NCBI GenBank assembly: GCA_001875345.1
Contig: MIZA01000012.1
Span: 25,656-89,655, forward strand
Source: Marine Group III euryarchaeote CG-Epi1
GTDB taxonomy: Archaea; Thermoplasmatota; Poseidoniia; MGIII; CG-Epi1
Reading direction: 5' to 3'
DNA length: 64,000 bases
Shown here: positions 1 to 8,359 of the stretch, piece by piece
Numbering within the stretch: the stretch's first letter is position 1
How the letters are laid out: each line of letters opens with the position of its first letter
Made by a program: the position numbers and the translations under genes
Notes under the pieces: model-generated
What the model was told of the DNA's origin: nothing
Seen by the model: only the letters and a program-made list of their open reading frames with translations
Databases searched by the model: none

Positions 1-140
1 TCTTTTAGTAAATCAACAGCTTGTTTAGCCTCAGTTACTCCTTGCTCATTTAGATCTACATCCTTCCATCCAGTAAATCTGTTTTGATCATTGTAAACAG
101 ATAATCCATGTCTCACCAAAATTAGTTTTCCACTCTTCAT
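1..140 (-). CDS. gpmA: 2,3-bisphosphoglycerate-dependent phosphoglycerate mutase, N-terminal fragment (gene runs off the window edge)
   Basis: My own minus-strand translation from the ATG at 140-138 gives [46 protein letters not shown]. The LVRHG..S..N..NRFTGW.DV.L pattern is the catalytic-His N-terminus of dPGM-type histidine phosphatases. This ORF is not in the supplied track because it is truncated. Confidence 0.7.
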   Translation of the reverse strand, partial: MKSGKLILVRHGLSVYNDQNRFTGWKDVDLNEQGVTEAKQAVDLLK

Positions 141-142
141 GA

Positions 143-1201
143 TTAGTTATATTTTTCAATGGAAGTTTGTCCATATTTAGGTAACGGCTGTGCGTCTATT
201 CCTAATTGTTTTTGAATTTGTTTTGCTAATTCCTTTGTGGATCCATGCACTGTATAAACTTGTTTAGGATTACATTCTTCTACAAATTTCATAGTTCCGC
301 TGAAGTCGGAATGGTCACTTATTGGAAATCCTGCATCTACACTTCTTAACGCCCATTCAGAAAAAGCACACCATCCAGAAACTCTTGCTGTTTTCGCACC
401 TTTTTTCCTCATATTTTGTACAGCCTCATCCTGTTTTTTACCATTAGCTGCAGTAGTTGATGTAACCAATAACTCAGCAGTTTTTTGTTCATTTTCAGTT
501 AATTCAGAGTAGGTATTGTATTCTAGTTTTACTCCATTTCTTTTGTAAATATCACTAACAGAAGCAACGACGTCAGAAACTACAGGCGTTACGCCCCCTA
601 GATTTGCAGTTGCAATTACTTCCTGAGCTTTTCCTAAGGAGTAAGCACCAATTATTGCACCTTCTTTTGCCGATGTGGCCATTATCCACGCTTGTAAATC
701 ACTAAGTACTTCGTTTCTGTCTGGCAAGACTTGGTCTGGCTTTCCATATGTTGATTCAACAATTAAAGTGTCACAGTCTTGTGGCTTAGCAACTCCAGCA
801 GTTACAGTTCCATATGGATTGTAATCTCCAGTATAGAGTACACCTTCACAGTCAATCATTGCAGACCCTACAACATGACCTGCTGAAACAAATTCTAATT
901 CAAAATCATTTATCTTAAATTTTTCGTGAAACTTATGAGTGGTTGCTTCTTTAGAACCAGTTCGTGCTATCATCACTTCTTTTGTTGGCTCAGTCATGTG
1001 AGTTTTCGGTTTTAAGTGATCAGAATGAGCATGACTTACAGCACCATCAGGTCTTCCACTTGAAGGATCAAGATATATTGCTCTTTTATCTCTCTTCAAG
1101 CAGATGCCTTTGTAATCAAAAACTTCCACTAATTTACACCTTTTAGACTGAAAGAATATCTTGCAGGCTCTCTCCACCTGTGGCCTGTCAAATATCCGCA
1201 T
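143..1201 (-). CDS. Short beta-CASP / metallo-beta-lactamase-fold nuclease
   Basis: Carries the HAHSDH (HxHxDH) MBL zinc motif, later GD/ES acidic motifs and a C-terminal ISDHSD...VHG beta-CASP-like pattern. The ATG at 1201 overlaps the upstream gene by 73 nt. An in-frame GTG at 1129-1127 would overlap its stop by only 1 nt, so the start is uncertain. Confidence 0.6.
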   Translation of the reverse strand: MRIFDRPQVERACKIFFQSKRCKLVEVFDYKGICLKRDKRAIYLDPSSGRPDGAVSHAHSDHLKPKTHMTEPTKEVMIARTGSKEATTHKFHEKFKINDFELEFVSAGHVVGSAMIDCEGVLYTGDYNPYGTVTAGVAKPQDCDTLIVESTYGKPDQVLPDRNEVLSDLQAWIMATSAKEGAIIGAYSLGKAQEVIATANLGGVTPVVSDVVASVSDIYKRNGVKLEYNTYSELTENEQKTAELLVTSTTAANGKKQDEAVQNMRKKGAKTARVSGWCAFSEWALRSVDAGFPISDHSDFSGTMKFVEECNPKQVYTVHGSTKELAKQIQKQLGIDAQPLPKYGQTSIEKYN

Positions 1202-1653
1202 AATTTACAATTAAATCCAATTGCTACCTTTCCACCGTAAAGCGTTGCATTGTGTACTTTCTTCAATGGTGAAGTACATACTGGACACGGTTGGCCTGGA
1301 GATGCAAATTCACCTCTATGATGTTTATGCCCACTTTGATCCTCACCAGGTCGAATTCTTCTCCATCTTTTTACAACAGGGTCGTATCCTAATCCTTGCC
1401 TTTTGAACGTATTCTCGTCACTTTCAGGTCCAGCCCCTACCGAACGAGTTCTTATTCCTAGTTTAACTTTCTTCGATTTAACTGCAATAATTCTCATTCT
1501 TTCAGCTGAAAGCTTGTATGTTTTGTCTATTTCTTTAAGATGAGCAATTACAAGCTTGTGCATTTTAGTTTGAGTATCTATACTTCCCCTACTTTTTAGG
1601 ACGCTTAACACAGCTTCCACTATCACTTTTTTAGTAGGTTTTCGATACTCCAT
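1129..1653 (-). CDS. Hypothetical basic protein with a C-terminal zinc ribbon (CPVC...CKLC)
   Basis: 174-aa ORF with a Lys/Arg-rich N-half and two CxxC pairs at the C-terminus. It lies immediately upstream of the beta-CASP gene and overlaps it. No family was recognised. Confidence 0.45.
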   Translation of the reverse strand: MEYRKPTKKVIVEAVLSVLKSRGSIDTQTKMHKLVIAHLKEIDKTYKLSAERMRIIAVKSKKVKLGIRTRSVGAGPESDENTFKRQGLGYDPVVKRWRRIRPGEDQSGHKHHRGEFASPGQPCPVCTSPLKKVHNATLYGGKVAIGFNCKLCGYLTGHRWREPARYSFSLKGVN

Positions 1654-1746
1654 TAACTGCCTATCAGAACTGAATGTTAAAGCTTGTTGGACCTATAGTA
1701 ATTTTTATATTCCATTACAACAAAGGGTATACAACCGGAGGTTGAT

Positions 1747-2406
1747 ATGTCATTTGATGAAGTAGACGAATTATTCTATTTGTTGGAGAACCCAACTAGA
1801 CGTAGAATTCTACAATTATTGTCTGTAGAAAGACTGTATCCTTTACAACTGTCTAAGGAAATAGATGTTACTCAACAGGCAGTAGTAAAACATTTGAGAA
1901 TCCTAGAAGATCATGGCTTAGTAAAATCAAGAGATGAGCCTAGTCGAAGAGGACCAAAACGAAGAGTTTACAAAGCATCAAGAGATGTTTCTTTACACAT
2001 TGACATTGGTCCTTCAACTTACAAACAGAAAGCAGAAACTGATTTTGACGTTTCAGACTTATCTGATCAGCATAGAAGAGTCTTAGATGCTATAGCTGAA
2101 TCAGAAAATATGGATTCAAGAGCTCGTATGGACCTTCTATCAAGAGTTTCTGAAGACTTAAAGCAATCTATAGATGAAGTAGAATCAGAGAGAAGAAGTC
2201 TGATGGCTTTAATGGGTGAATTGAATCGAAAAATTATATCAACAACTCAAGATGCAGATTGTACTTATCATGAAAGAAGACTATTACATCACATACTTCA
2301 CAACAGAGATTATACTATAGAAAGTGCAGCAGCATCTTTGGGACTTCGTGAAGCTGAAGTTCGTATTATCTTGGAAAGTTTACAACACAGAGGTTTAACT
2401 CGTTAA
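1747..2406 (+). CDS. ArsR-family winged-helix transcriptional regulator with a long C-terminal extension
   Basis: N-terminus LLENPTRRRILQLLSVERLYPLQLSKEIDVTQQAVVKHLRILEDHGLV is a typical ArsR/SmtB HTH. GGAGG at 1737-1741 lies 5 nt before the ATG. The C-terminus has a second HTH-like stretch (IESAAASLGLREAEVRIILESLQHRGL). Confidence 0.75.
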   Translation: MSFDEVDELFYLLENPTRRRILQLLSVERLYPLQLSKEIDVTQQAVVKHLRILEDHGLVKSRDEPSRRGPKRRVYKASRDVSLHIDIGPSTYKQKAETDFDVSDLSDQHRRVLDAIAESENMDSRARMDLLSRVSEDLKQSIDEVESERRSLMALMGELNRKIISTTQDADCTYHERRLLHHILHNRDYTIESAAASLGLREAEVRIILESLQHRGLTR

Positions 2407-2454
2407 TTATCCGCATATCTTATATAGAATGCTAAAATAAATAAAATATCTAAG

Positions 2455-2985
2455 ATGGACGCTCTTCAGAAAAGTTTACTTGCATTAGTTGCAATATCAT
2501 TGTTCTTGCCTATCGCGCAAGCTGAGGACAAAATTTATCGCGTTGAAGGTTTACCTGAAGATTTGCACTATTCGACTGGAAAGTCTTACGAGATTGTACT
2601 AACTGCAAATGACTATGCTTCAATTTCAGAAGTTAACATAAGCGTAACTAATGGTTCTCTTAGTTCTACAGATTCATTTGAAGCGGACGTGTATAACTTA
2701 ATTTTAGAATCAAGTGATGAGGGATGGATTTTTTTCTGGCAAGCACCTACTCAATCTTTTAGCTTAGGAGAAGGTAATTCTTTGATGACTATAATTTTCA
2801 CAGACACAGACGGCCAATTGTGGTCATCGTACGAATCTATGCTTAGATCTCCAGAAATAGTCTCCCATAGTACTTCAGGAGTTCCTGACTGGGCAAATTC
2901 ATTAGCATGGGCTGGAGTTAGTATTACAGTTTTGTGCTCGGTTGCCGGTTCTTACGTTCTTAGAAGAGACAAAATCAAACAATAA
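2455..2985 (+). CDS. Secreted hypothetical protein with an N-terminal signal peptide and a C-terminal transmembrane anchor
   Basis: N-terminus LLALVAISLFLPIAQA is signal-peptide-like. C-terminus AWAGVSITVLCSVAGSYVLRRDK is a hydrophobic helix followed by a basic stop-transfer sequence. Confidence 0.5.
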   Translation: MDALQKSLLALVAISLFLPIAQAEDKIYRVEGLPEDLHYSTGKSYEIVLTANDYASISEVNISVTNGSLSSTDSFEADVYNLILESSDEGWIFFWQAPTQSFSLGEGNSLMTIIFTDTDGQLWSSYESMLRSPEIVSHSTSGVPDWANSLAWAGVSITVLCSVAGSYVLRRDKIKQ

Positions 2986-3001
2986 TTTTTGTAACGTAAG
3001 G

Positions 3002-3008
3002 TATATAT
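3002..3008 (+). promoter_or_regulatory. Candidate archaeal TATA box for the stand-alone pilin gene
   Basis: TATATAT preceded by purine-rich GTAAG, about 50 nt upstream of the ATG at 3056. GAGGA at 3044-3048 is a Shine-Dalgarno-like element 7 nt before the ATG. Confidence 0.35.
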
Positions 3009-3032
3009 GCTCAGCCAACTGTCTATTTGTCT

Positions 3033-3043
3033 GACTTAGGTCA
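3033..3043. repeat. 11-nt exact repeat GACTTAGGTCA, copy 1, inside the palindrome CTGAC-TTAG-GTCAG (3031-3044)
   Basis: Read directly. It lies in the 5' leader of the pilin gene, 13 nt before the ATG. Confidence 0.8.
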
Positions 3044-3055
3044 GAGGACACAACA

Positions 3056-3559
3056 ATGCAAAGAAGAATTGTAAAAGATGAGCAGGCAGTATCTCCTGTA
3101 ATTGCGGTTATTTTGATGGTCGCTATTACAGTGGTTTTGGCTGCAGTATTGTACGTTTGGGCTAGCAGTTTCCTTGGTGGTACAACCAAGAACGCACCAA
3201 CCGGCAGTATGATAGCTAGCGAAGATGGAAGCGGTGTCTGGACGGTTCAGATCGTCAAGATTAACCCACAAGTTTCCGTAAACTCTGTACACTGGTACTT
3301 ATTGGATGTACAAGGAAACACTAAGACTGATGGCTTAGTTTCTGATGTCTATGGATATTACTCTGGTCAGGGTAAAGCTGTAGTCTTCATTGACAACGAC
3401 TTCAACGGTAAGTTGAGCCCAGGTGACAAATTTGAAGTTCACCCAGGTGAAGCTGGTTCCGACTTGGAAAGTGTAAATGACGTAAGTGATTACTCCTTCC
3501 GTATGAAGTTCGAGCCTACTGGTGATGTAATCGGATACGATATAGGTCTACAATCATAG
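3056..3559 (+). CDS. Archaeal type IV pilin-like protein with a class III signal peptide
   Basis: N-terminus MQRRIVKDEQAVSPVIAVILMVAITVVLAAVLYVW is the canonical archaeal prepilin/preflagellin N-terminal domain: a charged leader, then Q-A-V-S-P-V-I-x-V-I-L-M-V-A-I-T. The gene has its own TATA, SD and a hairpin terminator. Confidence 0.8.
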   Translation: MQRRIVKDEQAVSPVIAVILMVAITVVLAAVLYVWASSFLGGTTKNAPTGSMIASEDGSGVWTVQIVKINPQVSVNSVHWYLLDVQGNTKTDGLVSDVYGYYSGQGKAVVFIDNDFNGKLSPGDKFEVHPGEAGSDLESVNDVSDYSFRMKFEPTGDVIGYDIGLQS

Positions 3560-3569
3560 ACTTAGGTCA
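3559..3569. repeat. 11-nt exact repeat GACTTAGGTCA, copy 2
   Basis: Read directly. It starts on the last base of the pilin stop codon (TAG at 3557-3559). Confidence 0.8.
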
Positions 3570-3609
3570 CCAAAATTAGAGTGGAATTAGTTTCACTCGC
3601 AGGTAATTC

Positions 3610-3654
3610 GGGGGCTTCGGCCCCCACTTACCAAACTTTTTTTATATTTTTTTT
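3610..3654. terminator. GC-rich hairpin plus T-tracts between two convergent genes
   Basis: GGGGGC-TTCG-GCCCCC (3610-3625), a 6-bp all-GC stem in an AT-rich genome, followed by T7 (3637-3643) and T8 (3647-3654). It sits between the pilin gene (+) and cca (-). Confidence 0.5.
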
Positions 3655-4834
3655 AATCTAACCAAGGTACACGTTGGATCGGTTTTGCACCTTCACACAT
3701 CCCTTCTTTTACTATTGCATTAGGTAGAAGAGATTTCACTACGTCTTCGATTGTCTGATTTTTTGGTTTTTTACCAATTTCCAATTTCTCATTGTTAAGT
3801 ATTGCGTTCGGATATTTTTTTAGAAATTCAATTGCTCCGTCTTCCCAAGGAGCTGGGCCTTTGTGTGATACTATCTCAGGTAGTTTTCGCATTCCAGTTT
3901 CTACAACAATATAACCTTCGCTTCCCATATTTGCATTCCATGCAATTGGTTCAAAGTCATGAAGCGCTCGATATATTTTTCTTCCTTGCCTTTGTAACCA
4001 TGGCATTACAGTTTCTTCATTCTCTCCTGGAAGCGATAAAATAATACTTGTCAGATTTCCTTGAAACTCTCTTTCCTTATATTTAGGGAAAAAGAAATTA
4101 TGTGATGGCTTATCAAGGAACGATTTAGAAGCCAAGACTGCAGTTCCGAGTCCTTTCAAAGTTACTCCTGCAGCTACATTTCTTTTATTGTCTACAGGGT
4201 CACAAATCATTATTGGAGATTCAGGAGTTTCCATTTTATCAATAATAATTGGAGGTCTCCATTGGGACATTTCTTTTATTAGATTTAAGAATCCTCCATA
4301 TTTTATGCAAAGTATTTCTACTAAATAGCCTGAAAATCCACCTACTGCGGAATTTGCACCGTAGGCTCCGACAGCCTTTAGGAACTGTTTTGTCAATCTA
4401 ACTTCATTTTCTAACCCATTTATATTGGATATTACCCAATCAGTATGGAATGGTGTTCTGTCTACCGCAGATACAGATTGGGTAGAGTCTTCAATTGCAA
4501 AGCAAGGTACCAAATCTATTCCCACACCATCTATTTCTCCTCTCAAATAGGGGTGCTGTGCGTAGAGTTCTTTACCGTTGGGAAGTATTTTCTTTGCCAC
4601 AGCTAAGCCTTCTTTTTTCAAATCGGATCCTTTTTGAAATATTAAAAAAATATCAATGTCAGTTCCAGCCAGAAAAGTTCCTTTTGCTATTGATCCTACA
4701 ACTTTAGACTCAAAAGTTGACATTTCTAAAGCCTTTATCTTCTCAAGAATATTATCTCTTAAGTTTATAATTTTTTCTCTTTCTTCAAGTTTTGGTTGGA
4801 CTTGTTCTAAGGCTTCAGCTATTATTCCTTTCAC
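3653..4834 (-). CDS. cca: CCA-adding enzyme (archaeal class I tRNA nucleotidyltransferase)
   Basis: N-terminus ...LEQVQPKLEEREKI...VGSIAKGTFLAGTDIDIFLIF carries the class I nucleotidyltransferase G[ST] ... DxD motif. The length of about 390 aa and overall layout match archaeal CCA enzymes. Confidence 0.85.
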   Translation of the reverse strand: MKGIIAEALEQVQPKLEEREKIINLRDNILEKIKALEMSTFESKVVGSIAKGTFLAGTDIDIFLIFQKGSDLKKEGLAVAKKILPNGKELYAQHPYLRGEIDGVGIDLVPCFAIEDSTQSVSAVDRTPFHTDWVISNINGLENEVRLTKQFLKAVGAYGANSAVGGFSGYLVEILCIKYGGFLNLIKEMSQWRPPIIIDKMETPESPIMICDPVDNKRNVAAGVTLKGLGTAVLASKSFLDKPSHNFFFPKYKEREFQGNLTSIILSLPGENEETVMPWLQRQGRKIYRALHDFEPIAWNANMGSEGYIVVETGMRKLPEIVSHKGPAPWEDGAIEFLKKYPNAILNNEKLEIGKKPKNQTIEDVVKSLLPNAIVKEGMCEGAKPIQRVPWLD

Positions 4835-5334
4835 TCTTCTTCATCTGCATGGTTGACTTTACCTTTACGCCATGCTTTTGTTCTTTCCTTTTCAGCCCTT
4901 TTTCTTAATGTTTCAATATCATCTTTAACAGGAAGAAAGATAGGAATAATGAATATTATAAGTCCAAAAATTAATGCCAATATTCCCCATAATAAATATT
5001 TTCCAGTAGTTATAGCTTCTAAAAATAATGAGATAAGTATAAGAGATAAAATAGTAGAAATCCAAATTATTTTTCTGAAGGCCTTCTCAGATATTACATA
5101 TTTATCTTTTTCTTCCAATATCTCAACCGAGAATTCAGCGTTTGGTATTTCAATCTCCTCTTCGTTACTAACTGGTCTTTCAAGTTTTAATTTTCTTAAG
5201 TATAAATGACCTGCGATTCCAGATATTATGAAAGCAGCCTGCCCATAACCAGGATCACCAGCTGCAGTTGCAGCCCAAACGGCATACAACATTGTTAACC
5301 ATATTGTAACTATTATTGCGTTATACAAGTCCAT
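4831..5334 (-). CDS. Hypothetical membrane protein
   Basis: Four hydrophobic helices, an acidic loop and a K/R/E-rich tail. Its stop overlaps the cca start by 4 nt. No family was recognised. Confidence 0.45.
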   Translation of the reverse strand: MDLYNAIIVTIWLTMLYAVWAATAAGDPGYGQAAFIISGIAGHLYLRKLKLERPVSNEEEIEIPNAEFSVEILEEKDKYVISEKAFRKIIWISTILSLILISLFLEAITTGKYLLWGILALIFGLIIFIIPIFLPVKDDIETLRKRAEKERTKAWRKGKVNHADEEE

Positions 5335-5347
5335 GATTATCCGAGAT

Positions 5348-6337
5348 TTAGACTTTACTTTCCATAGTAATTGCCTCTACAGGACAGGCGAAAGCACAGA
5401 GAGTACAACCTACACAAGTATCATCTAAAATTAATGCTTTTTTGGATTCGAATTGCGAGGTTCTTGCTTTCAAGTCCCAAGATATCATATCAATTGATGC
5501 AAAATTACAGTAATAAACACATTGAGTACAACCTATGCATTTTTCGTTATCTACTAAAGCAATGTAATCTTTACCTTGAGGAAGAGATTTGAGAGTTATT
5601 TTTCTTAACTCTTTGAACATATCTTTAGCTTTTTCTATACCTGTTGTAGGTAATTCATCATCATCTACGGCTTCTTTAACTCTTTTAAGCCATTTATTAG
5701 GTTTATGAAAGAAAAGGGATGCAGTTCCCATTGCTTGATATGCTGAAGTTCCAGCACTTTCTTCAACAACAGTTTCAGCTTCAGTTTCTATTACAGCACC
5801 AGAGGCATAAGAGGCCATACTGTCAACTAAGTCAGCTTGAAATGTACCGTCACTGTCTACACAAGCTAGTTTTGACATTGCACCATTCATCCATTGCTCT
5901 GCAGGATCTTCAAAGTCAACGTCACAGTCAACCCTATCGTGTATTCTAGTGCCCCCCATAGCTTCCATGGTTTTATCCCAGTCCTTACCAGATTCACAAA
6001 ATAAATCGTAACCTGTATCTCCAAGTGCACAAATTGAAAAATGGGTGTTGGTTAATATTTTACCAACGCCGACTGCTGCTTCGTACAATTCTTCAGCATT
6101 GTCTGGCATTTCGCCTTCTCCCCAGGTAGAGCATACAATCATTACCCTAGACATTCCGGACATTGAATTAATATCAAAACCATCCATATCATGAACGGTA
6201 GGATTCAATCCGTATTTTTTACCTTCTTTTTGCCATTTTTCGGCAAGACCTTCGGAGTTTCCACTCTGGGATCCGTATAAAATGTGTAAATCTCTGTTCC
6301 CTTCTGTTGCGAATGTTGCAATGTCTACATCAGACAC
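5348..6337 (-). CDS. Flavodoxin (FMN) domain fused to a 2x[4Fe-4S] ferredoxin domain
   Basis: N-terminus ILYGSQSGNSEGLAEKW ... STWGEGEMPDNAEE is a CysJ/CPR-type FMN-binding flavodoxin signature. The C-terminus has CIGCTQCVYYC and CVGCTLCAFACP cluster motifs. It is the last redox gene of the Rieske/cytochrome b operon. Confidence 0.75.
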   Translation of the reverse strand: MSDVDIATFATEGNRDLHILYGSQSGNSEGLAEKWQKEGKKYGLNPTVHDMDGFDINSMSGMSRVMIVCSTWGEGEMPDNAEELYEAAVGVGKILTNTHFSICALGDTGYDLFCESGKDWDKTMEAMGGTRIHDRVDCDVDFEDPAEQWMNGAMSKLACVDSDGTFQADLVDSMASYASGAVIETEAETVVEESAGTSAYQAMGTASLFFHKPNKWLKRVKEAVDDDELPTTGIEKAKDMFKELRKITLKSLPQGKDYIALVDNEKCIGCTQCVYYCNFASIDMISWDLKARTSQFESKKALILDDTCVGCTLCAFACPVEAITMESKV

Positions 6338-7233
6338 TACTTTCCATCCTCCAGACAGGCAACCAAGAATTGCATTAAATCCATCATTTCATAATCATGA
6401 TGGTGCCCTTCTTCAGGATTCATGCGTTCTTCATTAAGCATACATTGCATATGCATGTAACATTTTGGACATCCTCCTAGCATAATATCAATGCCAGCAT
6501 CTGTACCCTGATCAAGTCTCTTTCTGCGTACAGCTTTAGTTGCGTCGTTGCAATACATCATTGATGATACTCCACAACACAGTGCCCTTTCTTTGTTATT
6601 CTCCAGTTCTACCATAGTTGCACCATCAACTAATTGTATCAAATCTCGAGGTGCTTCGTATTCACCCATCATTCTTCCAAGACGACAAGGGTCGTGATAA
6701 GAAACGGTCACATTTTCAGGAGCCTTAAACTTCAGTCCTCTACCCTGTAACGTTTGTGTAATATGTTCAACTTTTATCCCAAGCGTATTAGGTAAATCAT
6801 AGTCTACAGCAAAAGTGCGATAGCATTCAGCACATGAGCAAGTTAGAATCTTTATTCCGGATTCTTTTAATCGCCTCATATTATGCTCTTTTAAAGCATC
6901 ATAAACTTCCAAATTACCTTGCCATAACTGGTCATGGCCTGAACATTTGAATACATTCATATCCAGAACTAAAGGATCGATGTCTGCATAATTCAATAAT
7001 TTAATTGAAGCTGCAGCAATTGATGCGTGATCAGCATCTCCTTTGTTCAAGTGTGTAAATTTAACTTCAACATCCATAAAGTCGACACACCCAGGAAAAT
7101 ATCCATATTCATGATATCTTTCAGGTTTCCATTCATTTGACTCTTTGTTCATAGCATCATCTACAATCAGTCTTTCAAAAAGTGGATGAGGAATTGATCT
7201 TGCGTATGTTTTTTGTCTAGGTTTATCGCTCAT
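6337..7233 (-). CDS. Cysteine-rich CCG-domain protein (HdrB/GlpC/GlcF/SdhE-like, two CCG domains)
   Basis: First CCG domain is degenerate: PGC ... KCSGHD ... CSCAEC. Second is canonical: DPC ... ALCCGVSS ... GGCPKC. The start overlaps the upstream gene's end, and the stop abuts the flavodoxin gene start at 6337. Confidence 0.75.
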   Translation of the reverse strand: MSDKPRQKTYARSIPHPLFERLIVDDAMNKESNEWKPERYHEYGYFPGCVDFMDVEVKFTHLNKGDADHASIAAASIKLLNYADIDPLVLDMNVFKCSGHDQLWQGNLEVYDALKEHNMRRLKESGIKILTCSCAECYRTFAVDYDLPNTLGIKVEHITQTLQGRGLKFKAPENVTVSYHDPCRLGRMMGEYEAPRDLIQLVDGATMVELENNKERALCCGVSSMMYCNDATKAVRRKRLDQGTDAGIDIMLGGCPKCYMHMQCMLNEERMNPEEGHHHDYEMMDLMQFLVACLEDGK

Positions 7234-8359
7234 AAGCTACACCTCCTGCTGGAGTGCCTCCAACGCCAGGTATATCAAGAGCAGCACCTTCGGTAGAAGC
7301 TCCCAAGGTAGCTAGAAGTCTTTGTTCTAGCACATAATCTACATATTCGATATTCTGAGGGCATACTGCAGTACACATTCCACAAGAAATACATGACCAT
7401 AGAGCGACACCATCGTGTTTATTCTGGAATGTATTGAATATAATATTCAATTCATGTTCGCCTTCCATGTCTCTTACGGGACATATGTCATCACATAATC
7501 CACACTGATAACATCGATTTAATTTGAATTCATAAATACGTTGCATTCTTCTATCTTGAATACCTTTAGTGTAAAGATCAAATCTTTCTTCGTCACTTAG
7601 CGGTTTAGCACCTTCGGATCTTCTTCTGTCAAGGAACAGATAAGTTATCAGAGCGCAAGCAATAGGGCCCCACAAAGTAAGAGCATAGAGTAAGTCGGTT
7701 GTAACTTCAGGATAGTAAAGAGCTATATTTGCATTAATTGAAAAAACAGATAGCATAATTACCATTGCTATACCATAAACGCCGATTGCAGCTCTAACAG
7801 GATCTTCTATAGGTCTTCGTTCATGACCTCTATTAATTACATCTCCATATTGAGGATCAATAACTGCACCTAATGCCCTATCTATGAATGGAACTGCAAC
7901 AACTAGTCCAACAATAAGCCCTTGAACTAGAGTACCCCAAACTTTTGCACTCATCAAAAATAGTTCGATGTCGTCTAATCCTAGGAAAGGAATCATAGAG
8001 AGAGGTAGCCCTATTTTCAAATCAGTAGCAACCTTTAGACATCCAAAAGCCCACAACAAATACCAATCAGGTAGTGGAGGTGGATAGGCTGTACCGGCAG
8101 TAGGATCAGCAGACTCGTGTAATGGAGGTGGAACGAATGCTCCCAAATAAAACATAATTGATAGGACATAAAATGTGTAGACGGTATCTCTTGATAATTC
8201 GTGAGGATAAAGAGGCTCACCCTTTACCAGGCTTGCTTCTAGAACAGAGTGTTCTTCACGATTTTCTAGTTTTCTTATTGTATCAAGTTCTTGTTGTTCC
8301 TGTATAGATTCGCCTATCATTTCTGATGCATCATCTTCTAATATATTTTCTTCGCTCAT
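7223..8359 (-). CDS. Cytochrome b C-terminal half (subunit IV-like) fused to an HdrC-like 2x[4Fe-4S] domain
   Basis: PPPLPDWYLLWAFG is the Qo-site PEWY-type motif of the cytochrome b C-terminal domain. Several TM helices follow, then CYQCGLCDDICP and CISCGMCTAVCP dicluster motifs. Confidence 0.75.
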   Translation of the reverse strand: MSEENILEDDASEMIGESIQEQQELDTIRKLENREEHSVLEASLVKGEPLYPHELSRDTVYTFYVLSIMFYLGAFVPPPLHESADPTAGTAYPPPLPDWYLLWAFGCLKVATDLKIGLPLSMIPFLGLDDIELFLMSAKVWGTLVQGLIVGLVVAVPFIDRALGAVIDPQYGDVINRGHERRPIEDPVRAAIGVYGIAMVIMLSVFSINANIALYYPEVTTDLLYALTLWGPIACALITYLFLDRRRSEGAKPLSDEERFDLYTKGIQDRRMQRIYEFKLNRCYQCGLCDDICPVRDMEGEHELNIIFNTFQNKHDGVALWSCISCGMCTAVCPQNIEYVDYVLEQRLLATLGASTEGAALDIPGVGGTPAGGVAYER

